This document shows, one piece after another, positions 12,001 to 20,309 of a DNA stretch of 51,243 nucleotides (its first letter is position 1; each line of letters opens with the position of its first letter). Origin of the DNA: a virus (lineage: Duplodnaviria > Caudoviricetes); IMG/VR virus record IMGVR_UViG_3300027917_000060, positions 1-51,243 of that record; one strand, 5' to 3'. The position numbers and the translations under genes are program-made. The notes beneath the pieces were generated by a model. The model ran no database searches. It was not told where the DNA came from and saw only the letters and a program-made list of their open reading frames with translations.

Positions 12001-12732
12001 TGCTGCGGACTGTGCCCACGCCTCTTGGAGCGACCTGGGGGGCGGCAGCGGCTCCTCAGGGGCACCTAGCACCAGGTTCTGAGCACTCTCCGCGAACCCT
12101 ACCCATGGCTGCGCCGCGTAGTACCCGTACAACCCCGCCTTTTCGCCCACACCAAGCGGCTCCTCAGACGGCATGATTTGGGCGCCGCTCATGACCCCAC
12201 GCATGCCACGTTGTTGTTGCGGTGTCACCCCGCCTGGCTGTTGTTGGAGCGCTTTCGCAGTCCCCAACCCCAGCTGCGTCACGTCCTCTTGGTACGCTTG
12301 CTGTGCTCTACGCCTAGGCGCCTTGCCACGCTCCCCCGCCACGCGCGGCACCTGCGTCCCTGCCACGAGCGGACGTCCAGCCTCCCTCGCCTCCAACTGC
12401 CTGCGCATCCTGCTCGCCACGCTTGGAGACCGCAAATAATCGTTCATCCACCTGCGTGCCGCCTGCGCCGCCCCGCTCTCCCGATCCGCCTTGATGTCCG
12501 CCCAGCCTTCGCGCAGCACTCCTTCCCACAGGTCAGGCTTGAGATCTTTACCTGTCTCCCGCGCGTACTGCATGCGAAGGTTGTACTGATGAATCCGCTC
12601 GCGCTTGGCTTGTAAGTTCTTGCGTGCTACCGACGAGCCTGACTGCGCCTCGGCCTGCTTGTAATAATCGCCAAGCACCGCACCCCAAGTACGTTGCTCA
12701 TCGTAGGTCAGCAGATCTGACAGGTTAGCCAT
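6025..12732 (-). CDS. Very large putative internal virion/ejection protein (2235 aa)
   Basis: Long ORF in the ejection-protein block. Gly/Ala-rich amphipathic N-terminal part, Pro/Glu/Arg-rich linkers, almost no Cys; no catalytic motif recognised. Confidence 0.65.
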   Translation of the reverse strand: MANLSDLLTYDEQRTWGAVLGDYYKQAEAQSGSSVARKNLQAKRERIHQYNLRMQYARETGKDLKPDLWEGVLREGWADIKADRESGAAQAARRWMNDYLRSPSVASRMRRQLEAREAGRPLVAGTQVPRVAGERGKAPRRRAQQAYQEDVTQLGLGTAKALQQQPGGVTPQQQRGMRGVMSGAQIMPSEEPLGVGEKAGLYGYYAAQPWVGFAESAQNLVLGAPEEPLPPPRSLQEAWAQSAAMGTTGPNLAAFSPFLRLAEQKLVPRATTGQVALGAGVETASAGGLYSGVGKAIGLGTRALGKAAVKHVPTLQRGVKALKKFSESQLAKSKAGMEAEGGVAGAAQRFISKQAVALIERMWPQWKHGIEAGVGFHALNVAETARMEGASEAVKRLGTLGLRLPDAAILISGGDPHSPVWKEKAAAENAGQRFPLYLTVMGAFDMFDPEGFAMLAAFPPAFGAVGRGIGRVARGRGRPKVAPAPTGARPAEEAPAEVTQMPIPPRTQGDLAKQFVMSDQGIPIPRNVIDAQAIKTYIEETGQLKRGILDDPAMRQSIIARGEAEGASLEHRLMGEQARSYALLVEGQLDAVLQNIRRGKIGNPNEWRPEVVDQLVRLAREGDVADDNTRFALQAINWLRYADLSKQASETIKQASGPTLTPAEASWDLKRFKGTSVGRWFTKNAESASQADIETKLEALESRLANLRKSKSTRPDTLEAYEGFVNDVKELIKRRFQPEAEEPAVEAPPVEDRRQAEGAPLEGGERRTGGERRGEERSPRSEAEFWMNVADQAVRPTETLIPVGVRERLKAMETPDRKMPEITEERTFQELDQRDRQDIETIAIQEMYRAAQGLTSKERAGTATAEDLEVTARIIERVKRARDAEEGRQAMEEFRVPREAPERPAPPGIEYERGGRQPMDYQPRSRVVPERYRGGLKLPAPRGREPGGPAGPFYTTTGTRGRGPTTLTEAQAGGLEGQPPRTRPTISTEAMDVARAEREAPRPPRPPAARGEPEAPQVRAEREREARVYSNPDYAGPEEFDAALRDARQRGDRKILQLMHAKIMDLANMTRTVPEVTTQREMPVTPGATSVIRGGEPVVGEPFETRTFVADELLPTPPADVDNARQATNLYRLMLRNAGRGLRTTQRPLVERPTSQQRAAAVAAKDLEKLAMAIDEMYVRGSKVENIKARGRELSRHIVEMYDQLQQQAETRGAERAAQRGRITGFVPIPGSELQSGKPMRTTAGEQRLHTEALNEYVDELYRRRSTIEDQLMHMEWDPKEGATTEVDIYIDRKLKPRVERLLPALPGGKLILRDGTKRAIPKPPKGQHYDTRDLYSFENQEFTIGNEKIPLHMVTGVEQSRSNLTFQGREIEPAELLYVLQKVRGEARRLREEGAKRQRPTMSKEDWVDVAKEVLHKLPDEALGALSGYMQPKTPASGTVWADFPSPVWGNSADYRSTEAGPNYNLQRAIFEVLRARARGEAGDQINKGTLPRGERGREGPASLEYREMDYGKGEKRMRGKMSGKLVADPYLNVEKSGKDTGFRGVHGKLRTFIKDFLNLNWKIPTHPSEPYLEATTKGFKLIGDYADMLAKLSNKDFDLARTDGEAMVHALDEVMRIDRTPGSAEDVATALSMPLEYVTEIKKALTKQGKKWTRDQISPLAKTAQHMLDIADRVARTREGTPWDDIAPDPEMRVETTKREREVGAFNPPRIEGMEDVRPEERATARETMVEEGEVGAIYELPGREISLNHARRILESALTAAESNPRAFRRNEAGEITDLTEEGQPGSLARLAQLIRDSKKDWNAKGELSWDAESGREAHIYATALKRYLERNFPDVPTEGLKKAYAEKGTPRADQLFERAMSPEHYAVSKAAVEQRGAAPVRGETTVRPRRYQTNYIARRMRDAMLKMQEKLSGKISDKQRAQLQLDIKRVGEATASILEYSSELGRYEDFVDAQNRAYLKYRRNLHKQLMSAGAIDVSTGEVTTSKLKRTPADMLRQEAMRMRKYNRLSDAFGKYIDGLMQAEEVLGRDELVRIGLGEGRERGANMLALLDHIRKPTKQTQKVVDALPIDQKDVEAVEIKQPGDTPELEIEAPAKGWAVEPTKVEWSPVFDAQGKNVSATHVLVRAKGGADTVVPADSFFANVKRSMQIGKPLDIEFLRVSPEALTKYARQDKTKARIEWDPQIGKLTDWRAVGRKYAKLLAYARAARGREMRQMEREIGVELARPERETE

Positions 12733-12735
12733 GGA

Positions 12736-14043
12736 TTACCCCGGACTGTTGAAGTACCGATCGACTAGATCTTCCTCTTCTTCCACTGGCGGTGCGTTAC
12801 GCTCGGGTGTGGGCGTCGTAGCGGGTGCGCGCGTCGGCGTGTACACCTCACCCCGCACCCCTCCAACATCTCCTATCGGAATCCCCGCAGCCTGGATCGC
12901 GGTCAGCGTGTTGCGCATAACGTCCCAAGCTTCCATCTCCATGTCTTCGAGTGCGGAGATCTTGCCCTCCCACAGCTGCATGTCCGCCAGCTCTTCGTCA
13001 CTCAATGCGGTCTGCGCGCGGCGCTGCGTCTGCTGCGCCCGTTGGAAATCCTGTTTGAGCATGTCCAGCGCGAACTTCTCCTGGTCCGTAAGCTTGCCTG
13101 CTGCTTGCTTCTTCATCAGGCGCGTGCGCGCTCCTGCCAGCTGCTTCTTCAGACTATCCATCTCGTCCATGCGCTGCTTTCTCGCACTGATAATCTCATT
13201 GATCAACGCGAGTTGTTCTTGCGCCTCCGCGTCGTTCGCAAACTCCGAATCCGCCGCAATGCTCGCTGGCATGCCTGTTTTCCAGCCTGTGTTAAGCTTA
13301 GCCCCAAGCGTCTTATTGCGGCGTTGGACTTTGTCGAACCGGCCTTTCGCCTCCGCATAAAACTGAGTGCCGCGACGTAGATCTTCAGGCGTTTCTGGAA
13401 TCCTACCAAGCTCTTGGACATAGTCATCCCACGCGTTGATCGACCCCAATCTATCCGCCAGCTTCGTCATCTCTTTGTTGAACGTCCACTCTTGGCGATC
13501 GCGCGCCGTTTGCTGCTGGTACTGACGGCGGTACTGCTTATCCTCGTTGCGCACTGCCTGCTGTTGACGCATCAGCTCGTTACGCTGGCGCAACTGCTGC
13601 TGCTGGAAGAAGTTCTGGAACATGGCTTGCGGGTTCGTCACGCCCGTCATGCCCAGCGCAACATTCCATGCAAACTGCTGCGGCGTGATCCCACGCTCTT
13701 GCATGAAGTTGGCGATGAGTCCACTCTTCGGCTGTGAGTACGGCCCAGGCGCAGGTTGCCCCGGCGCAAGCGGGCTCACAGGCGGCATCACAGCTGGCCC
13801 GTACGCCGCTTGCGGGTTGTTCATCTGCGGCGGTCCCATGGGCGCGGGCTGCTGTGGAGGCATCGGCGCCTGCGGGTACATGTCCCCAAACATTGGCGTG
13901 CTCATACCCATCGGCGCAGGCGGACCGTACGGAGTCTCATACGGCGTCATGCCGTACGGATCTTCGAAGACGTAATCCTCGCGCGGCTGGCTCAGCGCAA
14001 TGCTCGTCGGCACTCGCGCGGTCTCGAAGCCCTTACTGCCCAT
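12736..14043 (-). CDS. Putative ejection protein (435 aa)
   Basis: Start moved to the ATG at 14043 (MGSKGF), which has a GGAGG RBS and TAATG overlap. Pro/Gln/Met-rich N-terminus, coiled-coil C-terminus. Confidence 0.65.
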   Translation of the reverse strand: MGSKGFETARVPTSIALSQPREDYVFEDPYGMTPYETPYGPPAPMGMSTPMFGDMYPQAPMPPQQPAPMGPPQMNNPQAAYGPAVMPPVSPLAPGQPAPGPYSQPKSGLIANFMQERGITPQQFAWNVALGMTGVTNPQAMFQNFFQQQQLRQRNELMRQQQAVRNEDKQYRRQYQQQTARDRQEWTFNKEMTKLADRLGSINAWDDYVQELGRIPETPEDLRRGTQFYAEAKGRFDKVQRRNKTLGAKLNTGWKTGMPASIAADSEFANDAEAQEQLALINEIISARKQRMDEMDSLKKQLAGARTRLMKKQAAGKLTDQEKFALDMLKQDFQRAQQTQRRAQTALSDEELADMQLWEGKISALEDMEMEAWDVMRNTLTAIQAAGIPIGDVGGVRGEVYTPTRAPATTPTPERNAPPVEEEEDLVDRYFNSPG

Positions 14044-14978
14044 TAGTACCTCCCGGTCGGTGCCAACGGTCCCTGCCCCGGTTGCTGCCATCCGCCCCAA
14101 AGCTGGTTCACAAAGTCGCCGCCTTGCGGTATGTTGCCCCACTCCGGAGAGGGAGCCATCGGTGCCTGAGGCGCAGCGTTCCACCACTGGTTCGTCTGCG
14201 TTGGGATCTGCGAAGGCGCCATGCCTTGCCCACCTCCACCACCACCTGCGCCGGGGAACGACCCGAACGTCGCAAGGCCGCTTTGAATCGCGTTGCCCGC
14301 AATACCAGCCCAAGGCATTGGTGCCTGCTGTCGCGCTAGCATGTTCGCTTGCCCACCTGCAGCCTGTCCTGCCTGCCCCATCAGCTGGTTGTACGCGTTC
14401 TGAATAAACGCCATGTCTGCACGCCGCTGCTGCTCCCTCCACAACGCGTACTTCTGCTGCGTCTCCACATCACGCATCGTACGCCCCGCCTGATTCGCCA
14501 GCGCGTACGAACTCGCCAGCCCACCACGCATGCCTGACTTGCCAAGCTTGCCTGACGCCGCTGCCAGATCCTGCTGCTGTTTGAGCGCACTCAACTGCAT
14601 CGGCAAGTTCATCAGTTTCGGGTCGATGTACCCTGGCTGTTGTGCAAGGTTCGCGAGGTTCTGCCCCCACGCACCTGTCGCCTGTCCGCCCATCCCCATC
14701 GCCGCCATGAGGTTGGGGTCCATGCCTTGCATCCATGGCTGCATCTGCTCAGGCTGGTACAGCGAGGCGGCCTGTTGGTAGTACTTGTTCTGCGACTTCT
14801 GTTGACGCCGTGCACCGATGCCTTGCAACGCGCCGCCTAGAATCCCTAGCCCAGCAATCGCGCCCAAGAACGCATGCTCTACGCTACCTGCGGGAAGTAG
14901 GGCGACAAGTAGTGCGTCAAGCGGCAGCAACCCATACAGTAGATCCGTTAAGCGCATGCCTCGTAATTTTTTGAACAT
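14043..14978 (-). CDS. Putative DNA pilot/ejection protein (P22 gp7-like position)
   Basis: AGGAGG RBS; hydrophobic GAIAGLGILGGALQG segment followed by a Gln/Ala/Gly-rich body. Confidence 0.65.
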   Translation of the reverse strand: MFKKLRGMRLTDLLYGLLPLDALLVALLPAGSVEHAFLGAIAGLGILGGALQGIGARRQQKSQNKYYQQAASLYQPEQMQPWMQGMDPNLMAAMGMGGQATGAWGQNLANLAQQPGYIDPKLMNLPMQLSALKQQQDLAAASGKLGKSGMRGGLASSYALANQAGRTMRDVETQQKYALWREQQRRADMAFIQNAYNQLMGQAGQAAGGQANMLARQQAPMPWAGIAGNAIQSGLATFGSFPGAGGGGGGQGMAPSQIPTQTNQWWNAAPQAPMAPSPEWGNIPQGGDFVNQLWGGWQQPGQGPLAPTGRY

Positions 14979-14987
14979 CGCTGCCTC

Positions 14988-15158
14988 CTACTGGTCGAAC
15001 ACGGCATTCACCCAGTTCGTGAACTCCGTAATTAACTCGTTCTTGTCAGCTGCGATCCGATCGGTGCGGAACTCCGTGACGTACTGCGGGTTCTCCAGCG
15101 CAGTAGCAACTGAGTTCCTTGAAGCGTTTCATTGGTCGAGCAACTTCTTGAGCATCAT
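14988..15158 (-). pseudogene. 56-codon ORF interrupted by an in-frame TGA at codon 10
   Basis: AGGAG RBS, then MMLKKLLDQ*NASRNSVATALENPQYVTEFRTDRIAADKNELITEFTNWVNAVFDQ. It fills the intergenic gap exactly. Confidence 0.55.
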
Positions 15159-15164
15159 TCTCTC

Positions 15165-15830
15165 CTATGAAACAACCATTACGCGGCGTGCTGCTGCTGC
15201 TGCTGCCGGATGAATTGCGATCGTGACCGCATCCCAATTACTGGAATTGCTGAGCGTGAATGTGCCAGGGTCCTCGGAAGATCCGGTGTACGCACGACTC
15301 GACATACCGCCAGTACCACCGGCGCTGCCCACGCCCGTGTCATAGGTCTCCTGCAGGTTGTTCGTGCCGTCGTAACCCGATGGGCCGTTGTCGCACGTAC
15401 GGCGACCGTCTGAGTTCGTCTCCATCACGACCCAGCGGTAGTCCTTCGAGCCGCCGGTCGGGGTGACGCTTGGCGGGTCTGGGTATTTGTTATATCCACC
15501 ACTCGCACCAGCGACCTCGGGAGCCTGCGTCGCAGGATCTTCCGCGCCGGTCAGCGCGCAAGTGAACCAACCGGCTGACCCGGCTGCGTTGTACGTCGAA
15601 GTTGGGTCCGTCTCGCTACTACTCGTCGCCTTCTTGTAGAAGACGGCCAAGCCACCTTGAGCTTGCAGCAAGGTCCACCCTGAAGGCGTAGACCAAGTCG
15701 CGGAGTGATACGAGTATCCATAGCACGCAAGCAGGACGTCGTCAGCAGCGTGCGTGGGTAGCACCGCTGTAATGCCGCTTGCCGCAGGACTGCCAATTCC
15801 TGAATTCGTCGCAATAGTAGGCGCAGCCAT
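15165..15830 (-). CDS. Tail fibre-associated beta-rich structural protein
   Basis: Ser/Thr/Gly-rich with DVLL, TPSGWTLL and VFYK motifs; TAATG coupling to the tail fibre gene. Confidence 0.6.
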   Translation of the reverse strand: MAAPTIATNSGIGSPAASGITAVLPTHAADDVLLACYGYSYHSATWSTPSGWTLLQAQGGLAVFYKKATSSSETDPTSTYNAAGSAGWFTCALTGAEDPATQAPEVAGASGGYNKYPDPPSVTPTGGSKDYRWVVMETNSDGRRTCDNGPSGYDGTNNLQETYDTGVGSAGGTGGMSSRAYTGSSEDPGTFTLSNSSNWDAVTIAIHPAAAAAARRVMVVS

Positions 15831-18523
15831 TAAGCGTTCTCTCGATAGTTGACGGTCACTGTCACAGAGTTCACTGAACCAGTAACGGTGCCGAGGTTAA
15901 TGGAAATGACCTGATCGGCAGCTACGTTAGCACTAGTGATAGTCGTCTCGGAAGTGATCGCCGTAGTAGGTGTGATCTGGTCGATGAGCGTACCAGCAGC
16001 CGTAACCGTGGCCGCGTTCTCAATATTGCAAACCACGCTCGTCCCGCCCTCGCAAATAGCCTGAATCTCCGTAACCGTGATTGCCTTGTTGGTGATCCAC
16101 ATAGCAAACAAGTCGTTCTCGGCAGGATCTTCAATCGTAATACTTTTACTGTGTTCCAGTGTGTACCACTCAGGAGCAGTTGCACCACTGTTTGTGCGTA
16201 GATACTGGTAGGCGGTTCCAATACCTAATTTACCAAGCGAGTTACTACCGTCCGAGTACAGCACATCACCAGCCGTGTACGTGCTCTGCCCAGTACCACC
16301 GTTGGTTTCACCTGTCGTACCTGTAACATCGTTCGCTAGGTCCACGGCACTATAGGACGGCACCGTGGCTCCACCGTGAAGCACCGTATTGGCTCCACCC
16401 ACGGCCAGTTTGGCAAGCGTGTTCGCTGCACTGGCGTAGAGAATGTCGCCCTGAGCGTAGGTGCTTTGATCGGTTCCGCCTTGCGCCTCTGACAGTGGAG
16501 TGGTCAGACCAGACAGCGACGTGATGTCGCTGTTTGCGCCGCTTGCCGCGCTTCCGCTATGGGGGTTTGCTGCGCCAACATGAGTGTCTATGTCTGCGTG
16601 GCTGGTAGTGCCGTTGTTCGTAAGTGCCGTATCGTGATCTATCTTCCCGCCATCCGACGAACCAGTATGTGCGTGGTTCGCCCATGTAACAGATGCGCTC
16701 AAATCGTTGACTTCGCTACCAGCGGGCAGATTACCAATATCGAATTTTCGCAGCGCACCGCCAGCCTCCCAACCCAAGAGCATGTCGGTGGCGGCAGGAG
16801 ATCCTTCTTCGGTCACACTCCCGATAGCAAGCTCGGTTGGTCCCGCAGCGCCACCAGTAGCATTCCCGAGCAACGTGTTGGCCGCAAAGTTCTCGCCCTC
16901 GTAGGCGGTCTTGATTTCGGACCCGCTGCCGTAGGTTTCATTCGCCGCAGTGTTATCGGCGGTTGCATCTGTGCATTTAGCTTCTGTGTCCGCTGTTGGG
17001 ATGGGCGTGGTCTGCACTGCATAACTGCCTGCACCACCCGATCTTTTGAGATAGCCATCACTGCCAAAGTCACCGTCCTGAACGACATCTGCATGACTCG
17101 TCTCGTTTGATGCGGTATTGTCGGCTGTGGCGTCAGTACATTTAGCAGCAGTATCAGAAGTAGGAATTGGTGTAGCTTGAACAGCATATGAACCAGCACC
17201 GCCTGAGCGTTGCAAGTAACCATCTGAAGCAAAGTCACCGTCTTGGACAACATCTGCGTGAGATGTTTCATTCGCTGATGTCTGATCGGCCAAAGCATCC
17301 GTACACTTGGCTGCGGTGTCACTCGTTGGGATCGGCGTAGCCTGTACGGAATACGCACCCGCCCCATCCGTCTTGCAATACCCGGCAGACGAGAAGTCGC
17401 CGTCCACAACAACATCAGCATGACTGGTTTCTGGATAGTTGGAGCAGTTGGAGAGGTCGCCAGCAGACGGGGTGCCAATGTTGGGTGTCGTTAGTGTTGG
17501 TGAGGTGGCACGCACCACACTGCCTGTGCCCTCGGTGGCCGTGTAAACCACGGCATCGCCACCGGCAGCACCAACCGGAACCTCGTTTTCTAAAATATCT
17601 GCGCAGGCCGTTTCGAGGTTATTCGTCTCGCTTCCTGCGGGCATGTTGCCGACATCATACCGACGTAGGTTGCCCTCGGCGGTTTCCCCTAACAACCAGT
17701 CGCCACTAGCGGGAGATGCCTCCTCTGTTATCGCGCTGATCTTTGCATAGGCCCCAGTATTAGCACTAGCACCATAAACAATCTCGTCCGCAGCCACGCC
17801 AGTCATTGATGATTCTAAATCGTTTGTCTCGCTACCGGCGGGCATATTACCAACGTCGTAGCGGCGCAAATTACCTTCGGCTGTCTCACCAAGCAGCCAG
17901 TCCCCGCTCGCTGGGGACGCCTCTTCGGTGATGGTGCTAATTTTCCCGTATGCACCCGTATTCGCGCTCGCGCCGTACACAATCTCGTCGGCGGCAACAT
18001 CCGTCATCGCAGACTCAAGGTTGTTGGTCTCGGTATAGGAGGTGGGACCGCTCGTGTTGATTGCTGAAATCTCGCGCACGGACAGACTCATGTCCACGGG
18101 TGTAATGGACTTAGATGCACCATCCGCCTCGACGTAGATGGTTAGAACGTCGCTGGCTGATAGGGAGATGATGGCATTGAACCCCGCGCTGCCCGTGTCG
18201 CCCCCAGTGCCTAGCGTGCGCGTACATCCAAACGCCTGCTCGACGGCGTTGTTACGCAGCTTGAACGTGAAGACCGTAGACACCGTTCCGCTGAACGAGA
18301 TGTTGAAGTTGACCGCATAGATTCCAGCGGTACCGATAGTGATCTGGTCGTTCGTGTGGTCTGGCGTGGCATCGTTGGCTGGGCCGTTGGCAGCAAACCC
18401 TGTAACCTTTGCTGGCGTGGTAGAGATGCTGGCTTGGGGAGTCGCACCGTCAGCGACATAAATGTTCGCGTACCGCGCCTCGACGCCGGTTTTTGGCTTA
18501 CCCTGCGCGTCGTAGATTCTCAT
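15830..18523 (-). CDS. Tail fibre protein with internal tandem repeats (897 aa)
   Basis: Start moved to the ATG at 18523 (ATGA overlap). Contains fibre motifs GGTGQSTY.AGD.LY and KL.IG...Q.L, an N-terminal C1q/BclA-like beta domain, and 67-aa and 54-55-aa repeats. Confidence 0.8.
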   Translation of the reverse strand: MRIYDAQGKPKTGVEARYANIYVADGATPQASISTTPAKVTGFAANGPANDATPDHTNDQITIGTAGIYAVNFNISFSGTVSTVFTFKLRNNAVEQAFGCTRTLGTGGDTGSAGFNAIISLSASDVLTIYVEADGASKSITPVDMSLSVREISAINTSGPTSYTETNNLESAMTDVAADEIVYGASANTGAYGKISTITEEASPASGDWLLGETAEGNLRRYDVGNMPAGSETNDLESSMTGVAADEIVYGASANTGAYAKISAITEEASPASGDWLLGETAEGNLRRYDVGNMPAGSETNNLETACADILENEVPVGAAGGDAVVYTATEGTGSVVRATSPTLTTPNIGTPSAGDLSNCSNYPETSHADVVVDGDFSSAGYCKTDGAGAYSVQATPIPTSDTAAKCTDALADQTSANETSHADVVQDGDFASDGYLQRSGGAGSYAVQATPIPTSDTAAKCTDATADNTASNETSHADVVQDGDFGSDGYLKRSGGAGSYAVQTTPIPTADTEAKCTDATADNTAANETYGSGSEIKTAYEGENFAANTLLGNATGGAAGPTELAIGSVTEEGSPAATDMLLGWEAGGALRKFDIGNLPAGSEVNDLSASVTWANHAHTGSSDGGKIDHDTALTNNGTTSHADIDTHVGAANPHSGSAASGANSDITSLSGLTTPLSEAQGGTDQSTYAQGDILYASAANTLAKLAVGGANTVLHGGATVPSYSAVDLANDVTGTTGETNGGTGQSTYTAGDVLYSDGSNSLGKLGIGTAYQYLRTNSGATAPEWYTLEHSKSITIEDPAENDLFAMWITNKAITVTEIQAICEGGTSVVCNIENAATVTAAGTLIDQITPTTAITSETTITSANVAADQVISINLGTVTGSVNSVTVTVNYRENA
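16940..17431 (-). repeat. Three tandem 162-165 bp coding repeats (ETSHADVVxDGDF...AKCTDAxADxTxxN)
   Basis: Unit starts at 17431, 17269 and 17104. Confidence 0.9.
17630..18031 (-). repeat. Two tandem 201-bp coding repeats (ETNxLESxMTxVAADEIVYG...DVGNMPAGS), plus partial copies
   Basis: Unit starts at 18031, 17830 and (partial) 17629. A diverged copy lies near 16700-16885. Confidence 0.9.
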
Positions 18524-18840
18524 TCCGTCGCCCCTGTTGCCGTCCAATCCACCGCGGTTGCTGTCGTGGTCTGCGCCTGTAACACATCCCCGTCGCTCAG
18601 CACGAGGACCTCACCATCGACCAAGAACTCGACAAACTCGTTTTGGTCAAGCTCAGCGCGCTTCCATGTTCTCGCGCTAGACCCGCTGCGGGTTATTCGT
18701 AACTCTAGAGTCTGCGTTGCTGCGTTGGTGTTCTGCATATCGAGTGAGCGCACAATCCACTTCGCCCCACTCGGGGCGAGGATGTTCGCCCAGCTCGTAG
18801 CCACCTGACCGTCACCAAGACTTGCACCAGTAAATGCCAT
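18520..18840 (-). CDS. Small tail-fibre-associated structural protein (106 aa)
   Basis: ATG at 18840 with TGATG overlap; beta-sandwich pattern ending LVLSDGDVLQA. Confidence 0.6.
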   Translation of the reverse strand: MAFTGASLGDGQVATSWANILAPSGAKWIVRSLDMQNTNAATQTLELRITRSGSSARTWKRAELDQNEFVEFLVDGEVLVLSDGDVLQAQTTTATAVDWTATGATE

Positions 18841-20132
18841 CACATAGCCCACTCAAGAAAAGAATCACCACCTGCACCACCACTTGGCAGCGCAGGACTG
18901 AAAGTCCAAGAATCAGCTGACGGGTCGTATGTGATAGTGCCATCGTTTGATTGCCCGTCAAAAGTGAGGACGATAGCATTGTCGTTCTGCGCTGCGCCTG
19001 TAATGCTGAAGAAGCCAAGCGATGCGCCACTGCCGTCAACCATCTTGAATTCGTAAGGCGAGCCCGCGCCGATGAGAAACGGCGAAGGGTTGATCCCTAC
19101 AGACCATAGCTCCCACTGCGTGCCCTGTGCACCGCTGGAATCGAGGTAAAGTACTGTACTACCCCCAAGAGAGGGCGCTTCTACGTGAATGATAGCATCT
19201 GCAGAATCGTCGTACACATACAGCTGCGAACCAGAGGGGCGTGTTGGTATCGCGGATGCGTCAAATACGGATAACCCAAGGCCACCTGCGTTCCGGTCGA
19301 GCTGTAAAGCATCAATGCTGACTAGTGAAAAGCTCAACGCCGCTCTATTCGCTGAGACATCCGTCCAGTAGGATGCAATAGCGCCCGCCTCCGTTAGCGT
19401 TCCTCCTGAATTTTCAATGTAGAGCCCTATACCAAGCCCATGCCCGTCCTGAATTGTACCAGTCAAGTTTTGCCGGATTTGCAGTGCATCGTTGATGCCC
19501 GAAACATTGTTGGTAAGATTAACCCAACGATAGGGGACATTGGCAACATTCGCAGTAAACGAAATCGCTGTCGATGACATTTGCCAGGTGACACTTGCGT
19601 CGAAAGGGTCGCTGATCGCCAACGACAGCTTCGCTCCGTTGCACTTGCCCGTACCGCCACTTTCGCCAAACAGAACGCTTGTAGTCCTAGAAGAGGAGAC
19701 ATCTGGGTGCGCTTTAACTAAGTACTGCAGGCGCCCCAACGATGCGTCCCAGCGCATCTCCATATCGTCAATTGTGCCAACAGCAGTAGACGACTCCATA
19801 AAGATGACACGATCCTCGTTGTCGCGTGTATTATCTCCTAGCGTAATGTCGCCAACAACGCCAAGCTCGCCCGCAGACTGCGACGCAACGGGCGCCTTGC
19901 CAACCCACAACTTATTCACGCTCTCTACAGGATCACTGCCGAGGTACTCGTGCGACGACGCGTGCGGGGCAAGCGCTGACGACCCACCCGTAGGCGCCGA
20001 AATGGGCTCACCGCTAATCAACGTCGCAAGTCGTCCCTCAGTCTCACGTATCCACCGTTCGAGGTTACGTAGATCCCTCTGCAGCGGTACGGTATAAGTG
20101 CGTAGGCCACTGAATGTCTTGAACTGTGCCAA
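18840..20132 (-). CDS. Tail fibre/spike protein (430 aa)
   Basis: N-terminal coiled coil, HASSHEYLGSDP His motif typical of fibre shafts, beta-rich remainder. Confidence 0.6.
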   Translation of the reverse strand: MAQFKTFSGLRTYTVPLQRDLRNLERWIRETEGRLATLISGEPISAPTGGSSALAPHASSHEYLGSDPVESVNKLWVGKAPVASQSAGELGVVGDITLGDNTRDNEDRVIFMESSTAVGTIDDMEMRWDASLGRLQYLVKAHPDVSSSRTTSVLFGESGGTGKCNGAKLSLAISDPFDASVTWQMSSTAISFTANVANVPYRWVNLTNNVSGINDALQIRQNLTGTIQDGHGLGIGLYIENSGGTLTEAGAIASYWTDVSANRAALSFSLVSIDALQLDRNAGGLGLSVFDASAIPTRPSGSQLYVYDDSADAIIHVEAPSLGGSTVLYLDSSGAQGTQWELWSVGINPSPFLIGAGSPYEFKMVDGSGASLGFFSITGAAQNDNAIVLTFDGQSNDGTITYDPSADSWTFSPALPSGGAGGDSFLEWAM

Positions 20133-20309
20133 CTAATTCGCCTTCTTCACCGCCTTGGGTTTTGCGTCGTCCGCGCTCTCCAACTGTGCGATACGTCCTT
20201 GCAGCTCTTGTACCTGTCTGAACATGCTGTCAAGTTGAAGTTGGTAGTCCAGCGTAATGCGCCCAATAATGCGCTGGATCGAAACCATGGTCAGCTGCTC
20301 TTCACTCAT
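20133..20309 (-). CDS. Small coiled-coil protein (58 aa)
   Basis: Read by hand: MSEEQLTMVSIQRIIGRITLDYQLQLDSMFRQVQELQGRIAQLESADDAKPKAVKKAN; ATGA overlap with the nozzle stop. Confidence 0.6.
   Translation of the reverse strand: MSEEQLTMVSIQRIIGRITLDYQLQLDSMFRQVQELQGRIAQLESADDAKPKAVKKAN

Noticed and set aside
14044-14442. Upstream extensions given by the ORF track (also 25597, 30596, 35373, 18547, 817, 603)
   Set aside because: They overlap upstream genes extensively; downstream starts with an RBS or stop-start coupling fit better.
15165-18523. Diversity-generating retroelement acting on the tail fibre
   Set aside because: No reverse transcriptase in the window; the repeats are in-frame tandem units with synonymous rather than adenine-specific differences.
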